Of a stretch of DNA of 64,000 bases, positions 16,755 to 26,297 are shown in pieces. Below the pieces are notes generated by a model. The model was not told the DNA's origin. It was given only the letters and a program-made list of their open reading frames with translations, and did no database searches. This DNA is from Candidatus Palauibacter sp. GTDB taxonomy: Bacteria; Gemmatimonadota; Gemmatimonadetes; Palauibacterales; Palauibacteraceae. The position numbers were made by a program, and so were the translations under genes. The first letter of the stretch is position 1. The number at the start of each line of letters is the position of its first letter. The stretch lies in NCBI RefSeq assembly GCF_965216145.1, contig NZ_OZ244149.1, forward strand, positions 1,209,663 through 1,273,662, written 5' to 3'.

Positions 16755-19700
16755 ATGGACGGGGTGAAACGCATCCAGGTCACTCTCTCAAGGCGAATGG
16801 TCGACCGTCATCCGCCACACATCGACGCCCGTCGCCCCGGGCTTGGGGTCTACGCCGCGCTGCTCGGCGGGGCGGCGGTGTGGGCGGGGTGCGGGCCAGG
16901 GGCGCTCGACTGGGTCGAGGAGGACGGCTACCGCTGGGCCGAGCTTCGAGTTTCGGGCGAGGACGAGCCGGGCTTCGAGCGGCTGGATCCTTCGGAGACC
17001 GGGATTTCGTTCGAGAACGTCGTCACGCAGGAGCAGTTCATCGAGAACAGCCACTACCTGAACGGCTCGGGCGTGGCCGTGGGCGATGTGGATGGCGACG
17101 GCAGGGTCGACATCTACTTCGCGGGGATGGACGGAGCCAACGAACTCTGGCGCAATCTGGGGGGCTGGAAGTTCGAGGAGATCGCCGAGGAGGCGGGCGT
17201 CGCCGCGGCGGGACGCTTCTCGACGGGTGCCGTGTTCGCGGATGTGGACGGCGACGGGGACCTCGACCTCCTCGTCAACGCGCTCGGCGGGCCGAACTCG
17301 CTCTTCGTGAACGACGGGACGGGGCACTTCACGGACGGGGCGGAGGCGGCCGGGCTCTCTTCGGCGCTCGGCAGCATGTCGATGACGCTGGCCGACATCG
17401 AGGGGGATGGGGACCTCGACCTGTACGTGGTGAACAACAAGGTCGCCACGGTGCAGGATCTCTTCCCGCCCGAGGTCCTGCAGCCGCGGAACATCTACCG
17501 CCGGACGGAGGACGGATTCGAGGTTCTGCCGGAGTGGCAGGAGCACTACACGCTCGGGGAGGTCCAGGGCGGCATGGTGCCGCGGCTCGAACTGGCGGAG
17601 CACGACCGGCTGTACGTGAACGACGGGACGGGGCGCTTTTCACCGGTGTCGTTCACGGACGGCGCGTTCCTCGACGAGGCGGGGCAGCCGCTGACCGAGG
17701 CACCGCTCGAGTGGGGGCTGGCGGCGCGTTTCCAGGACATGGATGGGGACGGGGACCCCGACCTGTACGTGTGCAACGACTTCCACAGCCCGGACCACAT
17801 CTGGATCAACGACGGGAGCGGCCGCTTCCGCATGCTCCCGCCGCTCGCCATGCGGAGCACGAGCTTCGCCTCCATGGGGGTGGACTTCTCGGATGTCGAC
17901 CGCGACGAGCGCATGGACTTCTTCGTGGTCGAGATGCTGAGCCGCGAGCAGCGGCTGCGGATGAAGCAGGCCAGCGGGGGCGTGCCGGACCCGCAGTTCG
18001 CGGGGCGGATCGAGAACCGGCCGCAGAAACCCCGCAACACCTTCTATCTGAATCGGGGGGACGGGACGTGGGCGGAGGCGGCGCAGTACGCCGGGGTCGA
18101 CGCGTCGGGGTGGTCGTGGGGCAGCACCTTCGTCGACGTCGATCTCGATGGCTACGAGGACCTCCTCATCGGGACGGGCCACTTCTACGACGCGATGGAC
18201 AAGGACGCGGCCCAGCGCATGGGCTCCGTGGACTGGCGCCAGCGGCTCCTCGTCTTCCCGCCGCTGCGGCTCTCGAACGTCGCCTTCCGCAACCGGGGCG
18301 ACGCGACCTTCGAGGAGGTGGGGGAGGCGTGGGGGTTCGCGGGGGACGAGGACATCTCGCACGGGATGGCGGCGGCGGATCTGGACGAGGATGGGGATCT
18401 GGACATCGTCACCAACCGGTTGCTGGCGCCCGCCGGGGTGTTCCGGAATGTGGGACGGGCGCCCCGGGTGGCCGTGCGACTGCGGGGGCGTGCGCCCAAC
18501 ACTTCGGGGATCGGAGCCCGCATCCGGGTGTCGGGGGGCGAGTTGCCGCCGCAGACGAAGGAGATCGTCGCTGGAGGCGCGTACCTCTCCGGTTCCGAGG
18601 CGCTGGCCAGCTTCGCGGCGGGCGAGGGGGAGATGTCGGTCGAGGTCGTCTGGCGGAGCGGGGCCACGAGCCGGGTGGACGGGGTGCGCGCGAACCGGGT
18701 GTACGAGATTGACGAACCCGCGGTCGGCGGGGCCGCGGCAGCCGGGGCCGGTTCGGCGGCGGTCGGAGCGTCGGATTCGGAGGCGGCGTCCTACAACCCC
18801 CTGTTCGAAGATGTCTCCGGGCTGCTCGGGCACCGGCACCGGGAGAACGAGTTCGACGACTTCGCGCAGCAACCGCTCATCACCTGGCGGCTCAGCCAGA
18901 GCGGACCCGGCGTCGCGTGGGGCGATGTCGACGGTGACGGCGACGCGGACGCCCTGGTGGGCGGAGGCGGCGGGTCCGGCCTCGCGGTGTTCCGGAACGA
19001 TGGCGCCGGGGGGTTCTCCCCGGACCGGGGGGCGCTGGGCGGCGGCGCGGCCGGGCCGGCGCGAGCCCCGGGCGACCAGACGGGCCTCGTCGTCGTGCCC
19101 GCCCGGGCCGGCGCCGCCGTGGTCGTCGGGACCGCGACGTACGACGGGTCCGACCGGGCGGCCTCCGCGGCCTCCGTCCTCCGCGCCACCGCCTCGGGGA
19201 TGGGCGAGTCCCAGACCCTGCCGGCGCACGCGTCGAGTACGGGCCCGCTCGCCGCGGCGGATTACGACGGGGACGGCGACGTCGACCTCTTCGTCGGCGG
19301 CCGCGTGGTCCCCGGTCAGTATCCCGTCCCGGCGACCTCCCGACTCTTCCTCGACGAAGGCGGCCGCTACGTCCTCGACGAGGCGAACGCCGGCCCGCTG
19401 ACCGACGTGGGGCTGGTGTCGGGCGCCGTATTCAGCGATGTGGACGGGGACGGCGACCCCGATCTGATACTGGCCCTCGAGTGGGGGCCCCTGCGTCTCT
19501 TCCTCAACGAGGACGGGCGATTCCAGGACGCGACGGCAAGCTTCGGCCTCGAGTCCCTCACGGGCTGGTGGAACGGCGTGACGGCGGGAGACCTCAACGA
19601 GGACGGACTGCCGGACCTGATCGCCACCAACCGGGGGCTCAACTCGGAGTACACGGCGAGTCCGGAGCATCCGGCCACCGCCTATCACGCCGACCTCGAC

Positions 19701-20567
19701 AACGATGGGTTCCGGGACGTGATCGAGGCGCGCTACGACGAGTTCACGCGCTCGATGGTCCCGATCCGGGGACTCCTCACGCTCGCCGGCGGTCTGCCCT
19801 TCCTCAGGGGCCAGATCCAGGGGCACGAGCACTACGGGCGGCTGGCGGTCGGAGAGATCCTGGGGCAGCCGGTCGATCTCCTCCCGACGGCCGAGGCGAC
19901 AACGCTCGCCCACACGGTCTTCATCAACCGGGGAGGGTCCTTCGAGGCCTTCGACCTGCCGCGGGAGGCGCAGTTGGCGCCGGCCTTCCACGCCGGCGTG
20001 GCGGACATGGACGGGGACGGGCACGAGGATGTCTTCCTGAGCCAGAACCTGTTCGCGTTCCGGAGCGAGGGGGACCGCAACGACGCGGGGCGCGGCCTGT
20101 GGCTGCGGGGCGATGGGACGGGGGCGCTGGCGCCGGTCCCGAGACAGCGTTCGGGCATTGCGGTGTACGGGGAGCAGCGGGGGGCGGCGTTCGCGGACTA
20201 CGACGCGGACGGGCGCGTGGACGTGCTCGTGAGCCAGAACGCCGCCGGGACGAAGCTGTACCGGAACGCGGGCGCCCGGCCCGGGCTGCGCGTCCGGCTG
20301 CGCGGCGGCCCCGGCAACCCGGCCGCCATCGGCGCTTCGATCCGGCTGGAGTACGGCGGCGGGACGCCCGGTCCGCTACGAGAGGTCCGCGCCGGGGGTG
20401 GCTACTGGTCGCAGGATGATCCGGTTCAAGTGATGGGGCTCGCGGCCGAACCCACTGCGGTCCGCGTCCGCTGGCCCGATGGCTCGGAGACGGTCACCCC
20501 GCTGGACGGCCCGACCCCGCTGGAGGTGACGATCGACGGGACCGGCGCGCTCGTGGCCCGCCGCTGA
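16755..20567 (+). CDS. CRTAC1-like FG-GAP repeat protein with two ASPIC/UnbV domains
   Basis: Many D.DGDGD.DL Ca-binding repeats; NGSGVAVGD, GWSWG..F.D and IGA.I......Q..E...GGGY.S motifs, the last occurring twice. The start may be 16797. Confidence 0.85.
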   Translation: MDGVKRIQVTLSRRMVDRHPPHIDARRPGLGVYAALLGGAAVWAGCGPGALDWVEEDGYRWAELRVSGEDEPGFERLDPSETGISFENVVTQEQFIENSHYLNGSGVAVGDVDGDGRVDIYFAGMDGANELWRNLGGWKFEEIAEEAGVAAAGRFSTGAVFADVDGDGDLDLLVNALGGPNSLFVNDGTGHFTDGAEAAGLSSALGSMSMTLADIEGDGDLDLYVVNNKVATVQDLFPPEVLQPRNIYRRTEDGFEVLPEWQEHYTLGEVQGGMVPRLELAEHDRLYVNDGTGRFSPVSFTDGAFLDEAGQPLTEAPLEWGLAARFQDMDGDGDPDLYVCNDFHSPDHIWINDGSGRFRMLPPLAMRSTSFASMGVDFSDVDRDERMDFFVVEMLSREQRLRMKQASGGVPDPQFAGRIENRPQKPRNTFYLNRGDGTWAEAAQYAGVDASGWSWGSTFVDVDLDGYEDLLIGTGHFYDAMDKDAAQRMGSVDWRQRLLVFPPLRLSNVAFRNRGDATFEEVGEAWGFAGDEDISHGMAAADLDEDGDLDIVTNRLLAPAGVFRNVGRAPRVAVRLRGRAPNTSGIGARIRVSGGELPPQTKEIVAGGAYLSGSEALASFAAGEGEMSVEVVWRSGATSRVDGVRANRVYEIDEPAVGGAAAAGAGSAAVGASDSEAASYNPLFEDVSGLLGHRHRENEFDDFAQQPLITWRLSQSGPGVAWGDVDGDGDADALVGGGGGSGLAVFRNDGAGGFSPDRGALGGGAAGPARAPGDQTGLVVVPARAGAAVVVGTATYDGSDRAASAASVLRATASGMGESQTLPAHASSTGPLAAADYDGDGDVDLFVGGRVVPGQYPVPATSRLFLDEGGRYVLDEANAGPLTDVGLVSGAVFSDVDGDGDPDLILALEWGPLRLFLNEDGRFQDATASFGLESLTGWWNGVTAGDLNEDGLPDLIATNRGLNSEYTASPEHPATAYHADLDNDGFRDVIEARYDEFTRSMVPIRGLLTLAGGLPFLRGQIQGHEHYGRLAVGEILGQPVDLLPTAEATTLAHTVFINRGGSFEAFDLPREAQLAPAFHAGVADMDGDGHEDVFLSQNLFAFRSEGDRNDAGRGLWLRGDGTGALAPVPRQRSGIAVYGEQRGAAFADYDADGRVDVLVSQNAAGTKLYRNAGARPGLRVRLRGGPGNPAAIGASIRLEYGGGTPGPLREVRAGGGYWSQDDPVQVMGLAAEPTAVRVRWPDGSETVTPLDGPTPLEVTIDGTGALVARR

Positions 20568-20570
20568 CGC

Positions 20571-21116
20571 TCAGCCGCCCTTGAGGGCGCGGATTCGTCG
20601 AGCGACCTCGCGGGCCATTTCGTTCGGGATGGGAATCGTGAGGTTGTACTGGGCGATCTTCCAGCGCCCGTCTTCCAGCACGAGCACGCCGCTGCCCCGT
20701 GTCTCCCCCAGGTTGGCGTTCTCGAGACGCTCGTCGAACCAGGCGGTGCGGGCGTCGGGGGCGATGGAGACGTGACGCTCGAGCATGTGGTACGTCCAGC
20801 CGGTGCCGGTGTCGAAGCGGGCCCTCGTGTAATCCATGAACGCCTCGCGCGTCCAGCGCTCGGTGGCGTCGGTTCCGAGGAAGACGGCCTCGCGGGCGTA
20901 GAGGCTGAAGTAACCGTCGAAATCCGTCTCGGAGGCCGCCTCGTGGAGCGCATCGAGGACGGCCGAGACGTCGGCGCGGGCACGGCTCTCTTCGACCGCG
21001 GCCGATTGCGCGGCGAGCCCGCCCGCGGCGAACTGCAGCATGAGCGCCGGGACGATCGTCGGCACAAGCCGTAGCGCGAGTCGCGGGCGGCGGGCCGGAG
21101 GGGCGGGGTTCAGCAT
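20571..21116 (-). CDS. Secreted SnoaL/NTF2-like protein
   Basis: LDALHEAAS..DFDGYF, FLGTDATERW, AWFDE.L, RGSGVL, WKIAQYNLTIPIPN. Confidence 0.85.
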   Translation of the reverse strand: MLNPAPPARRPRLALRLVPTIVPALMLQFAAGGLAAQSAAVEESRARADVSAVLDALHEAASETDFDGYFSLYAREAVFLGTDATERWTREAFMDYTRARFDTGTGWTYHMLERHVSIAPDARTAWFDERLENANLGETRGSGVLVLEDGRWKIAQYNLTIPIPNEMAREVARRIRALKGG

Positions 21117-21274
21117 GGCTTCCTCATGAATGTCTCGGGTCGGAGGGGTGCGTGGCGTTCGGCCTTCGTCCGTGTCCCCACCTCGCGTGATCCTACCTGA
21201 GCCGCGCACGAGCAACTAGTCTGTCGCGTTGGGTCGCTTCACGGTCGACCCGAACCCGGGAACCGGAGGTTGCC

Positions 21275-22573
21275 ATGAATCCATACCCCCTGATGAGGCG
21301 GAGGACGCGGCGGGTCGCGGTCGTCTGCGCCGCCATCGTCTGCGCGGTGGCCGCGTGCGCGCCGGACACCGGCGAGGACGCGTCGGGGTCGGGTCCCGGA
21401 GAGGCCATCGACGGGGCGATCGTCATCCGGGCGGACCGCATCCTCGACGGGCGCGGAGAGGCGCTCACGGGTCGGGAGGTGGTGGTGCGCGGCGGGCGGA
21501 TCGAGGCGATCGCGGAAGCGGGGTCCACGCGGGGCGCGGTGGTGTACGACCTGCCGGGTGCGACGCTGCTGCCGGGACTCATCGACACGCACGTCCACCT
21601 CGGCTGGCACTTCGACGCCGAGACGGGGCGGCTGCACGGCGCCGAATCGACGGACACGGCCGAGGACGAGATCCTCTACGCGGCCGAGAACGCCTGGAAC
21701 ATGCTGGTCAGCGGCGTCACCACGGTGCAGAGCGTGGGCGGACCCGAGGACGTGCCGCTCCGGGACGCGATCGCGCGGGGGTCGCTGCCGGGCCCGCGCG
21801 TCCTGACGTCGATCGAGCCCATCACGGCCGGGACGGGCGGACCGGACGAGATCCGGGCGCGCGTGGACGCGCTGGCGCAGGCGGGCGCGGACGTCATCAA
21901 GATCTTCGGGTCCGCCAGCATCAGGGTCGGCGGCGCGCCGACGCTGAGCCAGGAACAACTGGACGCCGCCTGTGGCCAGGCCCGCGAGCACGGCCTGCGC
22001 GCGGTCGTCCACGCCCACGGGCCCGAGAGCGCGCAGCGCTCCGCCCGGGCCGGCTGCTGGCAGATCGAGCACGGCGCGCTCCTGGACCGCGAGACACTCG
22101 ACCTCCTCTCGGAACGGCGTCTCTTCTTCGATCCGCACATTCACCTGATCTTCGAGAACTACTTCGCCAACCAGGAACGTTATCTGGGGATCGGGAACTA
22201 CACGGAGGAGGGGTTCCGGCAGATGCGCGAGGCGGTGCCGACCGCGCTGGACGTCTTCCGCGAGGCGCTTCAGGTGGAGGGACTCGAGATCGTGTTCGGC
22301 ACCGACGCCGTGGCCGGCGCCCACGGGCGCAACTGGGCGGAGTTGGCGTATCGCGTCCGCGAGGGCGGTCAGGATCCGATGGCGGCGATCGTGTCGGCCA
22401 CGAGCCTCGCGGCCGAGGCGATCGAGCTGGGGGAAAGCGTGGGCACGCTCGCGGCGGGCTTCGAGGCCGACGTGATCGCGGTGGCGGGGAATCCGCTGGC
22501 CGACATCGGAGCCCTCGAACATGTGGTGCTGGTCATGCGCGGCGGGGTCGTCTACCGGCACCGGCCGATGTAG
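21275..22573 (+). CDS. Amidohydrolase (imidazolonepropionase/Xaa-Pro dipeptidase-like) lipoprotein
   Basis: Lipobox VAAC; LPGLIDTHVH, GADVIKIF, HAHG, IEHG, FGTD and GFEAD motifs. Confidence 0.85.
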   Translation: MNPYPLMRRRTRRVAVVCAAIVCAVAACAPDTGEDASGSGPGEAIDGAIVIRADRILDGRGEALTGREVVVRGGRIEAIAEAGSTRGAVVYDLPGATLLPGLIDTHVHLGWHFDAETGRLHGAESTDTAEDEILYAAENAWNMLVSGVTTVQSVGGPEDVPLRDAIARGSLPGPRVLTSIEPITAGTGGPDEIRARVDALAQAGADVIKIFGSASIRVGGAPTLSQEQLDAACGQAREHGLRAVVHAHGPESAQRSARAGCWQIEHGALLDRETLDLLSERRLFFDPHIHLIFENYFANQERYLGIGNYTEEGFRQMREAVPTALDVFREALQVEGLEIVFGTDAVAGAHGRNWAELAYRVREGGQDPMAAIVSATSLAAEAIELGESVGTLAAGFEADVIAVAGNPLADIGALEHVVLVMRGGVVYRHRPM

Positions 22574-22677
22574 GGATCCCGGGCGACACCTGACGGTAGG
22601 ACCCCTCGTAGGGGGGTTACGGCGAGGGCCGGCTTCGGCTGAAGCCGCGAAGCCGAACGGCAACCGGAAGGAGATGC

Positions 22678-22914
22678 ATGAAGCGGTCGATCGAGCAGGC
22701 GCAGGAGCGGCTCGCGAACGATTTGCTCCGCCGTCGCGACGTTGTCGCCGTCGGCATCGGGGCCGATAACGGTGAGCCCTGCCTCAAGGTGTACGTGTCG
22801 GGACGGAGCGACCGCAGGTCGATCCCCCGCCGGTACGACGGGCACGAGGTACGGGTGGTCGGCGGCGGTCCGTTCCGGGCGCAGGCCGACGGCCCGGCGG
22901 CCGGCAGCCAATAG
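22678..22914 (+). CDS. Small protein: free-standing copy of the N-terminal domain of the downstream protease
   Basis: 78 aa, GAAGGAG RBS; VVAVGIG...GEPCLKVYV...IP...G.EV.V..GGPFRA aligns with VVGVGIG...GAPTIKVFV...FP...G.FPV.V..AGPFRV in 22933-24054. Confidence 0.75.
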   Translation: MKRSIEQAQERLANDLLRRRDVVAVGIGADNGEPCLKVYVSGRSDRRSIPRRYDGHEVRVVGGGPFRAQADGPAAGSQ

Positions 22915-22932
22915 CCGCCGGGGGTACGAACG

Positions 22933-24054
22933 ATGACGCCGCGCCGAAACCTGATCCTCGCGATCGTGATCGCGGTGGCCGCGGTCCTCGCACTCCATCT
23001 CCACTGGATCTCGACCTGGGCGCCCGGGCCGCCGCCGCGGCCCGGCCCGCGTCCGCCGCTTACCCCCGGGGGCGCGACACCCGAGCAGCTTCTGGCCGCG
23101 GCCATGCGGGTTCAGACCGACTTCGAGCCGAGCCTGTTCGCCCTCCCGGGAGTAGTCGGCGTGGGCATCGGCTTCGGCGACGCGGGTGCCCCGACGATCA
23201 AGGTCTTCGTCGATTCGTCGCTGCCCCGGGCCGCGTTTCCGCAGGCCCTTGGGAACTTCCCGGTCTCCGTGCAGCCGGCCGGGCCGTTCCGGGTCCTGCC
23301 GCCTGAACCGATCGCGTCGGAGAGGGGCGAGGACGAAGACCCGGTGCCGACGGGCCGCTTCGAGCGGCCGGTTCCGATGGGGGTGTCCACGGGCCACACC
23401 CGCTCCACGGCGGGCACGATCGGCGCCGTCGTGACCGATGGCGAGCGCCGCTACGCACTCAGCAACTGGCACGTGTTCGTTCCCGGCGGGGACGCGCGGG
23501 TGGGCGATATCCTGCTGCAACCGGGCCCGGTCGACGGCGGCGCGGATCCGGCCGACGCGATCGGCACGCTGGCGGCGTTCGAGCCGGTGGTCCTGTCGCT
23601 CTTCGCCACCAACCGGATCGACGCCGCGATCGCCCGCACGGACGAGGTGCTGCCGGAGACGCCGGTGGGGGGCTATGGGTCGCCGCGCAGCGCGACGATG
23701 GCGGCGAAGCCGGGGCTGCAGGTCCAGAAGTACGGGCGCACGACGCGCCTCACGGTCGGGGAGGTGGAGGCGGTCAACGCGTCGGTCAACGTGACGTACG
23801 GGTCGGCCGGATCGCAGGTGGGCCGCTTCACCGGCCAGATCATGGTGTGCTGCAATTTCAGCGCGGGGGGCGACTCGGGCTCGCTGATCGTGGCGCGCGA
23901 TCTCGACCGCGACGGCACCGCCGGGCCCGACGACCGCAAGCCGGTCGCGCTGCTCTTCGCCGGCGACGGGCGGCTGACGATCGGCAACCCGATCGACCTC
24001 GTGCTCGACCGCTTCGACGTGACGATCGTGGGAGAGGACGGCGCTGGCCGCTGA
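22933..24054 (+). CDS. Membrane-anchored or secreted trypsin-like (S1, Nal1-like) serine protease
   Basis: N-terminal TM and Pro-rich linker; GTIGAVV, LSNWHV (His), DAAIA (Asp), FSAGGDSGSLI (Ser), V.LLFAG. Confidence 0.8.
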   Translation: MTPRRNLILAIVIAVAAVLALHLHWISTWAPGPPPRPGPRPPLTPGGATPEQLLAAAMRVQTDFEPSLFALPGVVGVGIGFGDAGAPTIKVFVDSSLPRAAFPQALGNFPVSVQPAGPFRVLPPEPIASERGEDEDPVPTGRFERPVPMGVSTGHTRSTAGTIGAVVTDGERRYALSNWHVFVPGGDARVGDILLQPGPVDGGADPADAIGTLAAFEPVVLSLFATNRIDAAIARTDEVLPETPVGGYGSPRSATMAAKPGLQVQKYGRTTRLTVGEVEAVNASVNVTYGSAGSQVGRFTGQIMVCCNFSAGGDSGSLIVARDLDRDGTAGPDDRKPVALLFAGDGRLTIGNPIDLVLDRFDVTIVGEDGAGR

Positions 24055-24105
24055 GCCGTGGGCCCGACTGGCCACCTGCGCGGCGTAACGGCTAGGTTGG
24101 CGGCT

Positions 24106-24330
24106 ATGCAACGCTTCCGTTCACACTACCTGCCGCGTACGCGTCCGGGCCGGCTGCTGCTCGCCCTCTTCCTGGGCCTGTTCGCGTTCACTCAGCCGCC
24201 ACTCGTGTTCTGGATCGGTAACCGCGTCGAGCCGTTGCTGGGCGGGCTGCCATTTCTCTACGTCTATCTTCTCGTCTTCTACTGCCTCCTCATCGGGGTC
24301 CTCGTCTGGATGAAGAGGCGAGAACTCTGA
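24106..24330 (+). CDS. Small two-TM partner protein of a sodium:solute symporter (DUF3311/DUF485-like)
   Basis: 74 aa, two hydrophobic segments, N.VEP.LGGLPF motif; its stop overlaps the symporter start. Confidence 0.7.
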   Translation: MQRFRSHYLPRTRPGRLLLALFLGLFAFTQPPLVFWIGNRVEPLLGGLPFLYVYLLVFYCLLIGVLVWMKRREL

Positions 24331-25823
24331 TGGAACCCTGGGTCATCGCGACCGGACTCATCTTCGTCTATCTCCTGGCGACGATCGTGCTGGGGGCGGT
24401 CGCGAACCGGCGCATGTCGGTGGACCTCGAGGATTTCCTCCTGTATGGGCGCAAGGCCGGGTTCGTCGTCCTTTATCTCACGGTCGTCGCCACCTACCAC
24501 TCGGCGTTCGCCTTCCTCGGAGCCGGCGGGTTCTTCTACACGCACGGCATCGGATTCTGGGCCGCGGGCGCGTGGACGGTGCTCGTCGGCGCGATCACCT
24601 ACGTGCTCGGAAGCCGGATCTGGGCGCTCGGCAAGACGTTCGGCTATATCACGCCGGCCGATCTGCTGGCGGACTTCTACGAGTCCGATGCGGTTCGGGT
24701 CGTGGCGGCCATCGTGTCGGTGCTGTTCACGATCCTCTACATCCAGGTCCAGGCGGCGGGACTCGGCTACATCCTTTCGGTCGCGTCCGGCGACCGGATC
24801 TCGTTCGAACTCGGCACGCTGATCCTTCTCGTGGTCGCCGCGGGCTACCTCATCGCGGGCGGTCTGCGGGCTGTGTACTGGACCGACGTGATCCAGGGCG
24901 TGTGGATGTACGTCGCTGTGTGGGCCGGCGCGCTGGTGCTCGCGTTCAAGCTGTTCGGCGGGCCGATCCAGCTATGGAAGCGCGTGGCGGCGGAGCGCCC
25001 CGATCTCCTCACACTTCCGGGGCCCGAGGGGTTCTTCACGCCGGGGATGTGGTTCGGCCTGGTCGTTGTCCTCTCGTTCGGGATCGTCTTCCAGCCGCAC
25101 CTGTTCATCCGCTACTACACGGCGGTCTCGGCGCGCACGATCAAGTGGCTCGGCGCCACCACGCCCATCTACCTGATGACCTTGTACATCCCCGCTGCGC
25201 TGGTGGGTCTGGGCGGCGCGCTGGTGATGCCGGACATCGCGATTCCCGATCGGATCTTCCCCGAGATGCTGGTCGCCTATGCGCCGCCCTGGCTCACCGG
25301 CGCGATCCTCGCGGGCGCGACGGCCGCGGCGATGTCCACGCTCGACTCCATGCTGCACGCGAACATGACCGTGCTCACGCGCGACGTGTACCAGCGCTAC
25401 ATCCGCACGGACGCTGCTCAGAACCACTATATCCTCGTGGGTCGGCTCATCATCGTCGCCCTGCTCGCCGTTGGATATGTCCTCTCGGTGAACACGTTCG
25501 GCTTCCTCGTCACGCTCGTCTCACTCGCGGGTGCCGGCGCGCTGCAACTGATGCCGGCGGTACTCGGGGTCTGCTTCCCGGGACGGCGGCTTACGACGAG
25601 CGCGGGCGTGATCGCGGGCATCTCCGCGGGCCTGGCGACTCTCTGCGTGACGCTCATCGTCATACCGCATCCCCTCGGACTGCACGGCGGCGTGTGGGGA
25701 CTGGCGGTGAACTTCGTCGTGACCTGGGTCGTAAGCCGGCTCACGCCCGCACCGAGTGACCCCACGGTGTCGCGGATCCACGGCGCGATCGAGCGCTTCG
25801 TGTACGAGGGCGATCCCGCGTGA
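24330..25823 (+). CDS. Sodium:solute symporter (SSS) family transporter
   Basis: About 13 TM; EDFLL.GR, SAFAFLG, GGLRAVYWTDVIQG, AAAMSTLDS motifs. Confidence 0.9.
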   Translation: MEPWVIATGLIFVYLLATIVLGAVANRRMSVDLEDFLLYGRKAGFVVLYLTVVATYHSAFAFLGAGGFFYTHGIGFWAAGAWTVLVGAITYVLGSRIWALGKTFGYITPADLLADFYESDAVRVVAAIVSVLFTILYIQVQAAGLGYILSVASGDRISFELGTLILLVVAAGYLIAGGLRAVYWTDVIQGVWMYVAVWAGALVLAFKLFGGPIQLWKRVAAERPDLLTLPGPEGFFTPGMWFGLVVVLSFGIVFQPHLFIRYYTAVSARTIKWLGATTPIYLMTLYIPAALVGLGGALVMPDIAIPDRIFPEMLVAYAPPWLTGAILAGATAAAMSTLDSMLHANMTVLTRDVYQRYIRTDAAQNHYILVGRLIIVALLAVGYVLSVNTFGFLVTLVSLAGAGALQLMPAVLGVCFPGRRLTTSAGVIAGISAGLATLCVTLIVIPHPLGLHGGVWGLAVNFVVTWVVSRLTPAPSDPTVSRIHGAIERFVYEGDPA

Positions 25824-25844
25824 GCGCACTCGGAGGCTGATACG

Positions 25845-26297
25845 GTGGGCAAGCTCGTGGGAGGTCTCGCCCTCCTGTCGCTGGCGCTGTTCATGGTGCT
25901 CGGCTTCGTGCGCGCCGATGTCGACCCGTTGGCGCTCCGCACGATGGTGGCGCTCCTGATCGGGGCCGGGCTGCCGGCGGCGGGGGGCGTCTGGCTGCTG
26001 GCGCGCTACCGCGGGGTCGGGAGCCGGATCGAACACCGGCGCGAGCAACTGCGCCGCGACACGCTGGAGGCCGAGATCCTGAGGATGGCCGGGCGGCACG
26101 ACGGGCGGCTCACCGCGGTCGAAGTCGCGGGCGAACTGGCGGTGCCGACGACGACGGCGGAGGAGCTGCTGAACGAACTGATGGCGCGGGACATGGCCGA
26201 CATCGAGATCACCGACTCGGGTCTGCTCGTCTACACCTTCCACGACGTGCGACACCTGTCCGAGAAGGAATCGGCCCGAGGACTGCTGGAATCGTGA
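25845..26297 (+). CDS. Two-TM membrane protein with a C-terminal winged-helix-like domain
   Basis: Two TM helices, then EILRMA..HDGRLTAVEVA.EL......EELL..L...D...IE.TDSG..VY.F. Confidence 0.7.
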   Translation: MGKLVGGLALLSLALFMVLGFVRADVDPLALRTMVALLIGAGLPAAGGVWLLARYRGVGSRIEHRREQLRRDTLEAEILRMAGRHDGRLTAVEVAGELAVPTTTAEELLNELMARDMADIEITDSGLLVYTFHDVRHLSEKESARGLLES

